A stretch of 64,000 bases of DNA from Faecalibacterium sp. (GTDB lineage: Bacteria; Bacillota; Clostridia; Oscillospirales; Ruminococcaceae): positions 5,273 through 69,272 of the forward strand of contig JBJERU010000003.1 of the NCBI GenBank assembly GCA_051882415.1, written 5' to 3'. Made by a program: the position numbers and the translations under genes. This document shows positions 18,332-26,989 of this stretch, one piece after another (the stretch's first letter is position 1; every line of letters starts with the position of its first letter). The notes beneath the pieces were generated by a model. That model had not been told where the DNA came from and made no database searches. It saw nothing but the letters and a program-made list of their open reading frames with translations.

Positions 18332-20404
18332 ATGCTGAGACCCCGGGATCTGGACGACCAGAGTTTTGACGAGATCGTGGAGCACTCGGTGAGCAGGCTG
18401 CCGCAGCTCTGCCCGCAGTGGACCAATCACAACCCATCGGACCCAGGCATCACCCTGATCGAGCTGCTGGCATGGTACAAGGAATTACAGCAGTTCCACC
18501 TGAACGCCTATACCGACGCGATGAAGCGCAAGCTGCTCAAGCTGGCCGGGGAACGGGTGCGTTCTGCCGCCAGCGCGCGCTGCCGGGTGCGCTGGCTGAC
18601 CCCGGGGGAGGCCTGCCGCCGGGGTGCGCGGCTGGAGACCCCGGAGGGCATCGTGTTCGAGCTGGAGGAAGACATCCCCGCGCAGCCTGCAAAGATCGTG
18701 GGGGTCTATCAGAAAATTGGCGGGGAGTATGAGGACATCTTCCCTTTGTTGCAGCAGGGAAACGCCAGCGTGAGCGTCTTTGCGCCCGGCCCGGAAGGGC
18801 GCGGAGAACTGCTCATCGGGCTGGAAACGTTCGGCGCGCCAAAGATCCCGCTCTGGTTCGAGCTGGAAAGTCCCGGCGCGCCGCTCCGCAATGGATTTTC
18901 CGACCCGGCGCAGTGCCCCCGCGTCATTGCGTGGGAGCTGGAAGGCGCGGGGGCGGCGCAGATCCTTTCGGACGAGACCCACGCGCTGAGTCAGAGCGGC
19001 TTGGTCACGCTGGCGGCCCCGCCGGAGTGGAAGGAGACCCGTCCTGTGCCTCAGATGGCAAAAGCGCGCTGCCTTCGCCTCTGCCTGACCGATCCGGGGT
19101 GCGAAGAGGAGGTCGTGCTGCGCGCCGTTTCCTCCGGCTGCGGCTGGGCCGTGCAGCAGGAGACCTGGTCGGAGCTGCACCGCCTGACGGTGCCGGCCGC
19201 GCGGGATACCTGGGTGCTGTTTGGAGAGGATGCCGCTCGCGAGGGAGAATTTACGGTGTTCCTGCGCCGACAGACCGGCTGGGAGCAGTGCGGCGCACAG
19301 CGCGCGGCGCGGGGAGAGCAAGCGGGCATTCGGCTGGACAGCACCGGCGCGGTGCAGGATGGCGCGCCCAACCTGTATGTGGCCTGTTCGGATCCGATCC
19401 ATTATCAGGATCTGTTCTTTGATTCGGACGGCCTGCCGGGGCAGACGCTCCGCCTGGATCTGGGCGGGAGAAAGCTGTGCACCGACCGCTTTGTCCTGAT
19501 CTGTGATACGCTCTGCCCGGATGGGACGGTCCGTCCGCAGCTGTGGCAGTATGCGGAGGATCTGTATTCCTGCGGCCCGCGGGATCGCTGCTTCACCTAT
19601 TCGCCGGAGCGGGAGGAGATCCTCTTTGGCAATGGAGAGAACGGCGCGGTCGTGCCGCGGGGCGAGGCCGCGATCTTCCTGGCCGGGCTGGTCCTGACAG
19701 AAGGCAAGGGTGGGAACATCCCGGCAGGGGAGCGGCTCCACCTTGCGGACGGACGGGTCGTAGCCAACGACGCCTCCACAGGTGGACGGGATGAGGAGAC
19801 CACCGCCGAAGCCGCCGCGCGGCTGCTGCGCCGCATGGAGCAGGAACACCCTTGCGTCACGGCGGAGGATTACGAGGAGCTGGCCTGCGGGACGCCCGGT
19901 CTGCGGGTCGAGTCCGCCCGGGCGCTGCCCGGCTGGGATCCCAGAAGCGGCGCGGTACAGGACGGTCGGCCGGTGGTCACAGTGGCAGTCATGCCGGCAT
20001 CGCCTGCGGATAGACCTCTGCCGGATCCGCGGTTCCTGGAGGCTGTCCGGCGCAACCTCGAAACGCTGCGTCCGGTCGGCACACAGCTGTGGGTGGTTCC
20101 GCCGCGGTATGTGGGGGTCTCGCTGACGGTCCGGCTCCAGACCTCCGGCCCGATCCGGGAGCAGGAGCTTCGCCGCGCGGCGGCCCGCTGCCTGCGGGTG
20201 CGCAGGGAGGGCCGCCGCATCGGGGATCGGGTCGCGGCCTCAGACCTTGCGGCCGCGTTCCAGAAGCTGCCCGGCGTGATGGCGGTGCGCCGCGTGGAGC
20301 TGTCCTCCTCCGCGCCCGGCTGCGTCCTGACCGTGACCGGCGACCTGACGCTGCCGGGAGACGGCGCGCCGTTTTTGGAGGGATTGAGCATTTTGTCCGA
20401 TTGA
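18332..20404 (+). CDS. Putative baseplate assembly protein (second baseplate J-like, Afp11-like)
   Basis: LDDQSF, PQWTNHNPSDPGITLIEL, SDGLPGQ, FGNGENG, GGRDEET, VTAEDYE; start at ATG 18332 after AAGGAGG. Confidence 0.92.
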   Translation: MLRPRDLDDQSFDEIVEHSVSRLPQLCPQWTNHNPSDPGITLIELLAWYKELQQFHLNAYTDAMKRKLLKLAGERVRSAASARCRVRWLTPGEACRRGARLETPEGIVFELEEDIPAQPAKIVGVYQKIGGEYEDIFPLLQQGNASVSVFAPGPEGRGELLIGLETFGAPKIPLWFELESPGAPLRNGFSDPAQCPRVIAWELEGAGAAQILSDETHALSQSGLVTLAAPPEWKETRPVPQMAKARCLRLCLTDPGCEEEVVLRAVSSGCGWAVQQETWSELHRLTVPAARDTWVLFGEDAAREGEFTVFLRRQTGWEQCGAQRAARGEQAGIRLDSTGAVQDGAPNLYVACSDPIHYQDLFFDSDGLPGQTLRLDLGGRKLCTDRFVLICDTLCPDGTVRPQLWQYAEDLYSCGPRDRCFTYSPEREEILFGNGENGAVVPRGEAAIFLAGLVLTEGKGGNIPAGERLHLADGRVVANDASTGGRDEETTAEAAARLLRRMEQEHPCVTAEDYEELACGTPGLRVESARALPGWDPRSGAVQDGRPVVTVAVMPASPADRPLPDPRFLEAVRRNLETLRPVGTQLWVVPPRYVGVSLTVRLQTSGPIREQELRRAAARCLRVRREGRRIGDRVAASDLAAAFQKLPGVMAVRRVELSSSAPGCVLTVTGDLTLPGDGAPFLEGLSILSD

Positions 20405-20440
20405 TTAGGATCACTTTGGCCTGCCAGGAGGAGGCGTTTT

Positions 20441-21559
20441 ATGAAGAAAAAACAGCAGCGCCTGGTATGGTGTCTGCGTGAGCAATGGCTCTCCGCTCTG
20501 CGGTGCAATGTAGAGCTGCGGGAGGATGCGCTGGTGCTGGATACAAAGCGTTGCAGCGCGGGGCTGGTCTGTCTGCCCGCCGCAGACAGCGGCGAGGCCG
20601 GCTATGCCTGGGGACGGGTAACGCTGGACTGTGAACTGCCGCAGGGCAGTTCTCTGCGGGTGTACGCTCTGGCACTGGATGAGCGGGAAAGCTTTTGGCA
20701 GAGCCTGAGCGCATCCATGCAGGAGGCCGGGCAGGAATACGGCCAGGCGCAGCACCGGGCCGCGCAGATGTTTGGCGCCCCGGCAGGGGCAGGGGCAGGG
20801 CCGGATCTGCTTGTGGAGCAGCGAGGCCGCTACCTGTGGCTGGCCGTTGAATTCCTGTCCGGCAGTGCGGAGGATGTGATCCTCCGAAAAGTCACTTTCT
20901 GGATGGGCGGAGACCGGATGAGCGATTATCTCCCGGCGATCTATCGGGGCGACCGCACCACCGAGCGCTTTTTGGAGATCTTCCACAGCATGCTGCAGGA
21001 TCTGGAAGAGCGGATCAACGATATCCCCGCCCTCCTGGACTATGAAAATGACAGCGAGGCCATGCTGCGGTATCTGTCCGGGTGGCTGTGTCTGGACGGC
21101 AGACATGCCGACCCGCGTGAGCTGCGCCGCTGGGTGGCATCTGCCATGGAGGACGTGCGCACCATGTACACGCCCGCCGGCATCCGGCGCACCGTCCGGC
21201 GGCTGACCGGACAGGAGCCGATCCTGATCGAGTACGCGCAGGTGGATCCCAACGCCCCGGACTGCGTGGATCAGGAGACCTGCCGCCGTCTGTTCGGTGA
21301 GGATCCGTGCCGCTTTTTCGTCCTGCTGAAGGAGGATGCCTTCCAGACGCGGGAGGAGGCCCAGAGCTTTATGGACCAGATGCGGCAGCACATCCCCGCG
21401 CAGATGGAGATGCAGCTGGTGCTGCTGCGCAGCAAGATCCATCTGGGCGGGCACACCTATCTGGGCATCAATTCCACGGTCAGCGGGTTTATGCCGGCTG
21501 CGGTGGACGAGAGTACCGCGATCCACTTTGATACGGTGATAGGAGAGGAAGCAAAATGA
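20441..21559 (+). CDS. Phage tail protein I-like baseplate component
   Basis: YLPAIY, ERFLEIF, LRYLSGWL, P..IEY, IPA, YLGINS; synteny after baseplate J. Confidence 0.82.
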   Translation: MKKKQQRLVWCLREQWLSALRCNVELREDALVLDTKRCSAGLVCLPAADSGEAGYAWGRVTLDCELPQGSSLRVYALALDERESFWQSLSASMQEAGQEYGQAQHRAAQMFGAPAGAGAGPDLLVEQRGRYLWLAVEFLSGSAEDVILRKVTFWMGGDRMSDYLPAIYRGDRTTERFLEIFHSMLQDLEERINDIPALLDYENDSEAMLRYLSGWLCLDGRHADPRELRRWVASAMEDVRTMYTPAGIRRTVRRLTGQEPILIEYAQVDPNAPDCVDQETCRRLFGEDPCRFFVLLKEDAFQTREEAQSFMDQMRQHIPAQMEMQLVLLRSKIHLGGHTYLGINSTVSGFMPAAVDESTAIHFDTVIGEEAK

Positions 21560-23334
21560 AACATTCCGGTTATTTCCCGCTGGAGCGCAATCGCTATTAT
21601 TACGGCAAGCTGCTGACGGTCCGCGATTTTGAGCGGGAGCAGGATTATTTCCGCACAAAGCAGGAGCTGAGCAACCGGATGCTGCATGGCGCGGGCGTCG
21701 TCTGCGGCATGGGCGTCACGGTCAGCGATGACACCACCCTTCTGATCGAGAGCGGCATGGCGCTGGACTACCATGGGCGTGAGCTGGTGATCGAGGAGCC
21801 GCTGGTGCGCAAGCTCCAGATGCTGGAGGGCTACGAGGCATTAAAAAAGGATCGGCTGGATGCGTACCTGTGCCTGGCTTACCGGGAGGAGGAGATCCAG
21901 CCCGTCAACGCGGTAGGGGTGGATATCGAGTCCAGCCATCAGTACAATGTCACGCGGGAGAGCTGCCGGCTGTATCTGAGCAGCGAGGCGCCGCCCTACC
22001 GCCAGATCCTGGAATGCCAGGGTGAGCAGAACATCAATGTGCTGTTCGCGGACGAGGATCTGACCCTTCTTCTCACTGCGCCATCCACGGTCTGCGCGGG
22101 CAGCGAATTCACGGTGCGGATCCTGATCGTGAAGAACCATTCGGTGCCGCCCATCCGCTTCACCCTGGAGGGCGAGAGCAACCTTGTCCAGACGGAGAAC
22201 GGGCGGCTGCGGCTGGAGTATGCCCAAAGCCCGGAGGAAAAGAAGAATGTGATCTGGACCAGCTTCCGCGTCCAGGCGCAGGAGCTGAGCGACCTGCAGA
22301 GCCAGCTGTTCCCGGTGGAGGCGGAGCTGGATCTGGAGGTGGGCGGCCGCCGTTACAAGCATTATCTGACGCTGGACGCCCCGGTGCGGCTCTGTGCCAG
22401 CCGCGAAAGTGTGGCCGCCGCCATCCGCCGGGAGGATACCCTGGCGCGGCATCTGGCGGGCGCGGAGCTGCCGATCTACCTGGCCAAGCTGGAGCTGATC
22501 CGTTCCAGCGGCGGTGTGTTCCTCAGCTCGGCAACGGCGCTCCCCTTTGAACAGAGCCTCCGGGTGGAGCATCCGGCTGAAACGACCCCTCATCAGGAGA
22601 TGGAGGTCAAAACGACAGTCCGCTCGCTGGAATACTGGCAGAAGCCGGAGGTGCAGGCGCGTTATCACGCCGCCACCGATACGCTGGCGCTGGATTTCGG
22701 CATCCCCTCGCCGGAACAGTACGATTATTCGGTGAGCCACGGTGTGGTCGAGCTGGAGATGTCCGGAGGCATCCGTGTGAACAACCGCTATTTCAGCCAG
22801 GAGATCCCCCACGGTTTGGGGCAGGGCGCGGTGGATGTGCGCCTGAGCGTGGAGTTCCCCAACCGCTCGGGCGAGACGCTGCTGCTGGTGGGCAACAGCG
22901 AGGTGTTCAAGTCCAAGGCGGTGGAGGAGACCCCGCCCTGGGTGGAGGCCGCCGCCATCGTGTACCCCGAGCGCGGAACGATGAAGATCGGCGTCTGGCT
23001 GCACGATACGGTGGGCGGAAGCCGGCTTCGGGTGCATTATTTTGCCCAGAAGCCGGAACACGATACCAGCCGCCTGATGGGACAGGATCGGGTCACGATC
23101 CAGATCACGCCAGAGATCACCCGCATGAAAAAGCGGGAGCCGTTCCAGTTCAAGGCGGAGGTCAACGGCAGCGTGGACAAAGCCGTGCTCTGGGGGGTGC
23201 GGGACGAGAACGGCGGAGAGATCGACCGCAACGGCATCTATCACGCGCCCGAAACGCCGGGGACCTATGAGGTGACTGCGACCGCGCGTGCGGACGAGAA
23301 CGCCCGCGCCAGCGCTTTCGTGATCGTGGAGTAA
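21556..23334 (+). CDS. Tail fibre / baseplate appendage-like protein with C-terminal Ig-like domain
   Basis: N-terminal ERNRYYYGKLLTVRDFEREQDYF...GAGVVCG...GMALD docking module; C-terminal beta-sandwich (VLWGV..NGGEIDRNGIYHAP..PGTYEVTA). Confidence 0.72.
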   Translation: MKHSGYFPLERNRYYYGKLLTVRDFEREQDYFRTKQELSNRMLHGAGVVCGMGVTVSDDTTLLIESGMALDYHGRELVIEEPLVRKLQMLEGYEALKKDRLDAYLCLAYREEEIQPVNAVGVDIESSHQYNVTRESCRLYLSSEAPPYRQILECQGEQNINVLFADEDLTLLLTAPSTVCAGSEFTVRILIVKNHSVPPIRFTLEGESNLVQTENGRLRLEYAQSPEEKKNVIWTSFRVQAQELSDLQSQLFPVEAELDLEVGGRRYKHYLTLDAPVRLCASRESVAAAIRREDTLARHLAGAELPIYLAKLELIRSSGGVFLSSATALPFEQSLRVEHPAETTPHQEMEVKTTVRSLEYWQKPEVQARYHAATDTLALDFGIPSPEQYDYSVSHGVVELEMSGGIRVNNRYFSQEIPHGLGQGAVDVRLSVEFPNRSGETLLLVGNSEVFKSKAVEETPPWVEAAAIVYPERGTMKIGVWLHDTVGGSRLRVHYFAQKPEHDTSRLMGQDRVTIQITPEITRMKKREPFQFKAEVNGSVDKAVLWGVRDENGGEIDRNGIYHAPETPGTYEVTATARADENARASAFVIVE

Positions 23335-23362
23335 CGGACGGCAGGGCGGAAAGGAGACGGGT

Positions 23363-24118
23363 ATGGGGCCTCTTTTGATCCGGGAACGGTACAAGGTCGT
23401 TCAGGTGCTGGACGCAGCCCCTGACTATGCAGCTCTGTGCGCGGTGGATATCCGGCAGCGGGAAAAGCCGCAGGTACTGCTCAACGTCTACGAGGGCGCC
23501 TGCCTGCGCAAATATCTGCGGCTTTACCAGGGGCTTCAGGACTGCCCGGCGTTCCAGGGCGCTTTTATCGAGCGGGGAGCGCTGGTGGCTGTGTTCCCCA
23601 TGGAGAAGGGCGTTGGCATCGACGAAGTGTTCCAGCGGGGGCTTGCGGTCCCGTGGGAGCTTCGGCTGGCGGCAGCCGACGACCTGATGGCGCAGGCTCT
23701 CCGGCTCTCCGAACTTCCGCCGGAGCTGGCCTGCCCTACGCTGCTGAGCGGACAGGTGCGGGTGTTCCCTCAGGAGCGCAGGCTCGCGCTGCGGTGGCTG
23801 GTGCGCCCGATGGACTGTGCGCTGAACGAACGGGAACTGCTGCTCCTGCTGGGCGATCAGCTCCACAAGCTGCTGCTTCCGCGCTGGGACGCGCCGCAGA
23901 CCGAGCGGGATTTTTTGTGCGAGATGGAGGCGGGGCGCTTTTCCTGTATGGTGGATCTCTACGCGCACTGGCGGGCGCTGCTCCCCCGGCTGCGGGAGGA
24001 GTATGAAACGCTGGAAGCGATGCATACGCTTTCCCGTTTTCTGCGGCTGGCAAAACGGAATGGAAAAGACGCCTTCCGGAAAGCCTTATCCCATCGGAGA
24101 AGGGAGGACGCCCGATGA
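23363..24118 (+). CDS. Hypothetical protein with probable degenerate protein-kinase-like fold
   Basis: ERYKVVQVL, VLLNVY and VFPMEKG align by eye to kinase N-lobe/hinge, but the Gly loop, catalytic Lys, HRD and DFG are absent. Confidence 0.5.
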   Translation: MGPLLIRERYKVVQVLDAAPDYAALCAVDIRQREKPQVLLNVYEGACLRKYLRLYQGLQDCPAFQGAFIERGALVAVFPMEKGVGIDEVFQRGLAVPWELRLAAADDLMAQALRLSELPPELACPTLLSGQVRVFPQERRLALRWLVRPMDCALNERELLLLLGDQLHKLLLPRWDAPQTERDFLCEMEAGRFSCMVDLYAHWRALLPRLREEYETLEAMHTLSRFLRLAKRNGKDAFRKALSHRRREDAR

Positions 24119-26616
24119 TCCGCAACCTGAAACGCTTTTTTCTTTATCTGCTGTTTGCTGCCTCGGCTGCTGCGGTGCTGGCGGCCTTCCGCCCCGGCTG
24201 GGTGAAGAGCGCATTCGACGCGGCTTTCCGGGAGACCAGCACACTCCAGTATGAGCAGATCGTCTCCAACAAGTCCGGCGGCTACTGGGCGCTGGGACAG
24301 CAGAACGGTGAGATGTATCTGGCCAGCGGGACGCTGGGCGGCAGCCGCAGCTCTCAGTTCTCGCTGTCCCGTCTGGGCATGGAGAAAGACTGCCGGGTGC
24401 AGCGTCTGTTCGCCTGCTCGGACGGCAAGCTTCTGCTGACGGCGCAGGAGGGCATCGCCACGGGGCTGTATTTGTTCGACCCGAAAGAGAAGGAGCTGGT
24501 GCTGCTGCTGACCCTGGCGGAGGAACAGACGATCTCTCAGTTCGTGGAGGAGGCCGGCAGTGTGACCTTTGCCACAGAATACGCCGGGATAGAAACGATC
24601 TGGGAATTTGAACTGGGGCACAGCTGGCTGGTGAAGCGGAGCCAGATCTATCAGGGCGGCAGAAAAGCGCTGCTGGCCCTGCCGGACGGCAGCGTTCTGC
24701 GGCAGGAGGGTACATCCTTTACGGATGGCACCGTGACGGTCAGCGCTCCGGGTGAGCCGCTGGTCTCCCGGAGCTGGTATACGACCGAAGCGCTGTGGTA
24801 TCTGGACGACCTGACCGGGACGCTGTGGAAAGGGGCCATGGGCCGCGGTGCGGTCAGCCAGTTCACGCTGGCGCAGGCCCGGGAGAGCTGCGGCAGCGCG
24901 GTGATCGACCTGAGCATCTCGGACGGCGGCGTTCTGGTGCTGACCGAGGCGGGCACGCTGTACCGCTGGCGGAACACCCGCTCCGGGTTCGAGGATCTGA
25001 GCAGGAGCCTGCTGCCCTCCCGACCGATATCCATTCTGCTGTCTGCCGTGACGATCGCGGCGGTGCTGCTGGCGGCGCTGGCTTTGTGGTATCTCGTGTG
25101 CGAGCACCAGCAGATGCAGATCCCGCTGGTGTTCCAGACCGGGCTGATCCTGTTGCAGGCCATCGTCCTGATGGCGTTCGCCGTGTATCAGTGGGTCACG
25201 ATCCCTTACTATCAGCAGATCTCGCGGGACTGGCTCATCCAGACGCTGCAGGCCGCCAGCCGTGCGCCGGAGATCTCGGATAGCATCTTCCAGACACTCC
25301 GTTTTGAAAAGCAGCAGGATGCCTGGTATCTGATCCGGGACGGCCAGCCGGTCATGACAGCGGAGTGCCTGATGTATGGTGACTCCTTCCTGGATGGACT
25401 GGAGCACGCGGCGCAGGGCGCGCTGGCAGAATACAACGAGAACGGCAGCCACCGCATGGCGTGGTTTACCACCGATGCACAGGGGCAGGTGTTCGCGGTC
25501 ACAGTGGATGACGCTCCCTATACGGAAAAATACCAGAAGGGCTGCCGCGAAACGCTGGTGGCGGCGATCCCGTTCAGTGCCGCCGTGTGGCTGATCGTTC
25601 TGCTGATCCTGTGCGACTATACTGACCGTCTGCACCGCATTTCGGACGATCTGCTCCGTATCGAATCGGGCCGCACGGGTCGTCGGCTGGAGGATCGGCG
25701 CGGCGACGAGCTGAGCGCGCTGGCCGACTCGGTCAACACTATGGCGGAGCTGGTGGAAAAGAAACGCCGACAGGATCTTTCGATGCGGAGCGGCTACGCC
25801 TGCTTTTTGCCGGATTCGCTCATCAAGCTGCTGAACGTCAAAAGCGTGGAGGAGATCGACCAAAAGACCTTTGCCCGCCTGGAAAAGGCGACCCTCCATG
25901 TGGAGCTGGTCTTTGATCCCAGCATCTATGAAAGCCATTCCCGCCTTCTGTTCGACTGTATGAACGAGATCATCGGCCGGACGGCGGGGCATATCTCGGC
26001 CAAGGAGGGGGTCATCCTGAGCTTTTCCTACAACGGGTATGATGCGGTCTTTCCGCCGGATGGCATCAATGCGCTGAGCGCAGCGGTGGCCATCCGTCAG
26101 GAAACGCTGGCGATCAATGAAGAGCACCAGCGGCGCGGGCTGCCGGAGGTGAAGCTGTACGCGACGCTGGACACGGGCGAACTGATGGTGGGCGTGGTCG
26201 GCGGAGAATCCCGGATGCAGATCGTCGCCCTTTCCTCCAGCTTCGGCATCAACCGCGCGCTGGGGGCGCTGTTCCAGCGGGTGGACGCGAACATCCTCTG
26301 CACCGAAAAGATCGCGGTGCACGCGGAAGGCGTGCGCAGCCGATACATCGGCAAGCTGCTGGAAACGACAGAGGGGGTGCGCGTGTATGAGATCTATGAA
26401 GGCGACGACCTGGCGCTGCGGCTTGAAAAGAAAGAGCACGCAAGCCTGTTTGCGGAAGGCATATATCTTTTTTATGCCGGTGAGTTTGAAAAAGCCAAGC
26501 GCATCTTTATGAACATCGTCCGCACGACGCCCCGGGACGGCGTGGCGCGGCACTACCTCTATCTGGCAGATCAGTTTCAGAAATCGCCGCCCGCCCGGAT
26601 CGGACTGGATGTATAA
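24115..26616 (+). CDS. Membrane protein with HAMP and degenerate class III nucleotide cyclase domain
   Basis: Several hydrophobic helices, HAMP (RGDELSALADSVNTM), cyclase-like FLP..LIKLL and DTGELMVGVVG, TPR-like tail; catalytic residues substituted. Confidence 0.8.
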   Translation: MIRNLKRFFLYLLFAASAAAVLAAFRPGWVKSAFDAAFRETSTLQYEQIVSNKSGGYWALGQQNGEMYLASGTLGGSRSSQFSLSRLGMEKDCRVQRLFACSDGKLLLTAQEGIATGLYLFDPKEKELVLLLTLAEEQTISQFVEEAGSVTFATEYAGIETIWEFELGHSWLVKRSQIYQGGRKALLALPDGSVLRQEGTSFTDGTVTVSAPGEPLVSRSWYTTEALWYLDDLTGTLWKGAMGRGAVSQFTLAQARESCGSAVIDLSISDGGVLVLTEAGTLYRWRNTRSGFEDLSRSLLPSRPISILLSAVTIAAVLLAALALWYLVCEHQQMQIPLVFQTGLILLQAIVLMAFAVYQWVTIPYYQQISRDWLIQTLQAASRAPEISDSIFQTLRFEKQQDAWYLIRDGQPVMTAECLMYGDSFLDGLEHAAQGALAEYNENGSHRMAWFTTDAQGQVFAVTVDDAPYTEKYQKGCRETLVAAIPFSAAVWLIVLLILCDYTDRLHRISDDLLRIESGRTGRRLEDRRGDELSALADSVNTMAELVEKKRRQDLSMRSGYACFLPDSLIKLLNVKSVEEIDQKTFARLEKATLHVELVFDPSIYESHSRLLFDCMNEIIGRTAGHISAKEGVILSFSYNGYDAVFPPDGINALSAAVAIRQETLAINEEHQRRGLPEVKLYATLDTGELMVGVVGGESRMQIVALSSSFGINRALGALFQRVDANILCTEKIAVHAEGVRSRYIGKLLETTEGVRVYEIYEGDDLALRLEKKEHASLFAEGIYLFYAGEFEKAKRIFMNIVRTTPRDGVARHYLYLADQFQKSPPARIGLDV

Positions 26617-26646
26617 ACGGCGGCAGGAGAAAAGGAGGGAGCATCC

Positions 26647-26961
26647 ATGCCCGCACGAACGACCGAAGACTTTTGGCTGCGGCTCGATGCAGCCGTGCCG
26701 CAGGCTCCGACCCGGGAGCAGAGCCTTGCGGCGTGGGCCAATGAGGTCCTGCGGAACGAGCCGGCAGCTCCCCGTGACCAAAAGGCGGACAAGCCACGCC
26801 CGGAGCCGGACGGTTATCTCCGCCAGACGCCGGTGCAGCCCATCCGGGAATGCCCGGGCTATCGTCTCAGAAGGATGAAACAGGTGCTGTTCTGGTGCGC
26901 CGTGGGCGCGGCTGCTGTCACATTGTATCTGTTGATCTATTCCGGCGTCCTTCGCCTGTAA
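26647..26961 (+). CDS. Small protein with C-terminal transmembrane helix
   Basis: AAGGAGG SD; VLFWCAVGAAAVTLYLLIYSGV hydrophobic tail. Confidence 0.7.
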   Translation: MPARTTEDFWLRLDAAVPQAPTREQSLAAWANEVLRNEPAAPRDQKADKPRPEPDGYLRQTPVQPIRECPGYRLRRMKQVLFWCAVGAAAVTLYLLIYSGVLRL

Positions 26962-26989
26962 AGCGGCCGGAACGGAGGGAGGAAAGTAC

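Noticed and set aside
14903-18430. Very long minus-strand ORFs (also 4811-6604, 12305-14140, 23959-27045, 33601-36054, 42922-44748, 62250-63875)
   Set aside because: Antisense shadows of real genes caused by GC-rich codon bias; no motifs or SD sequences.
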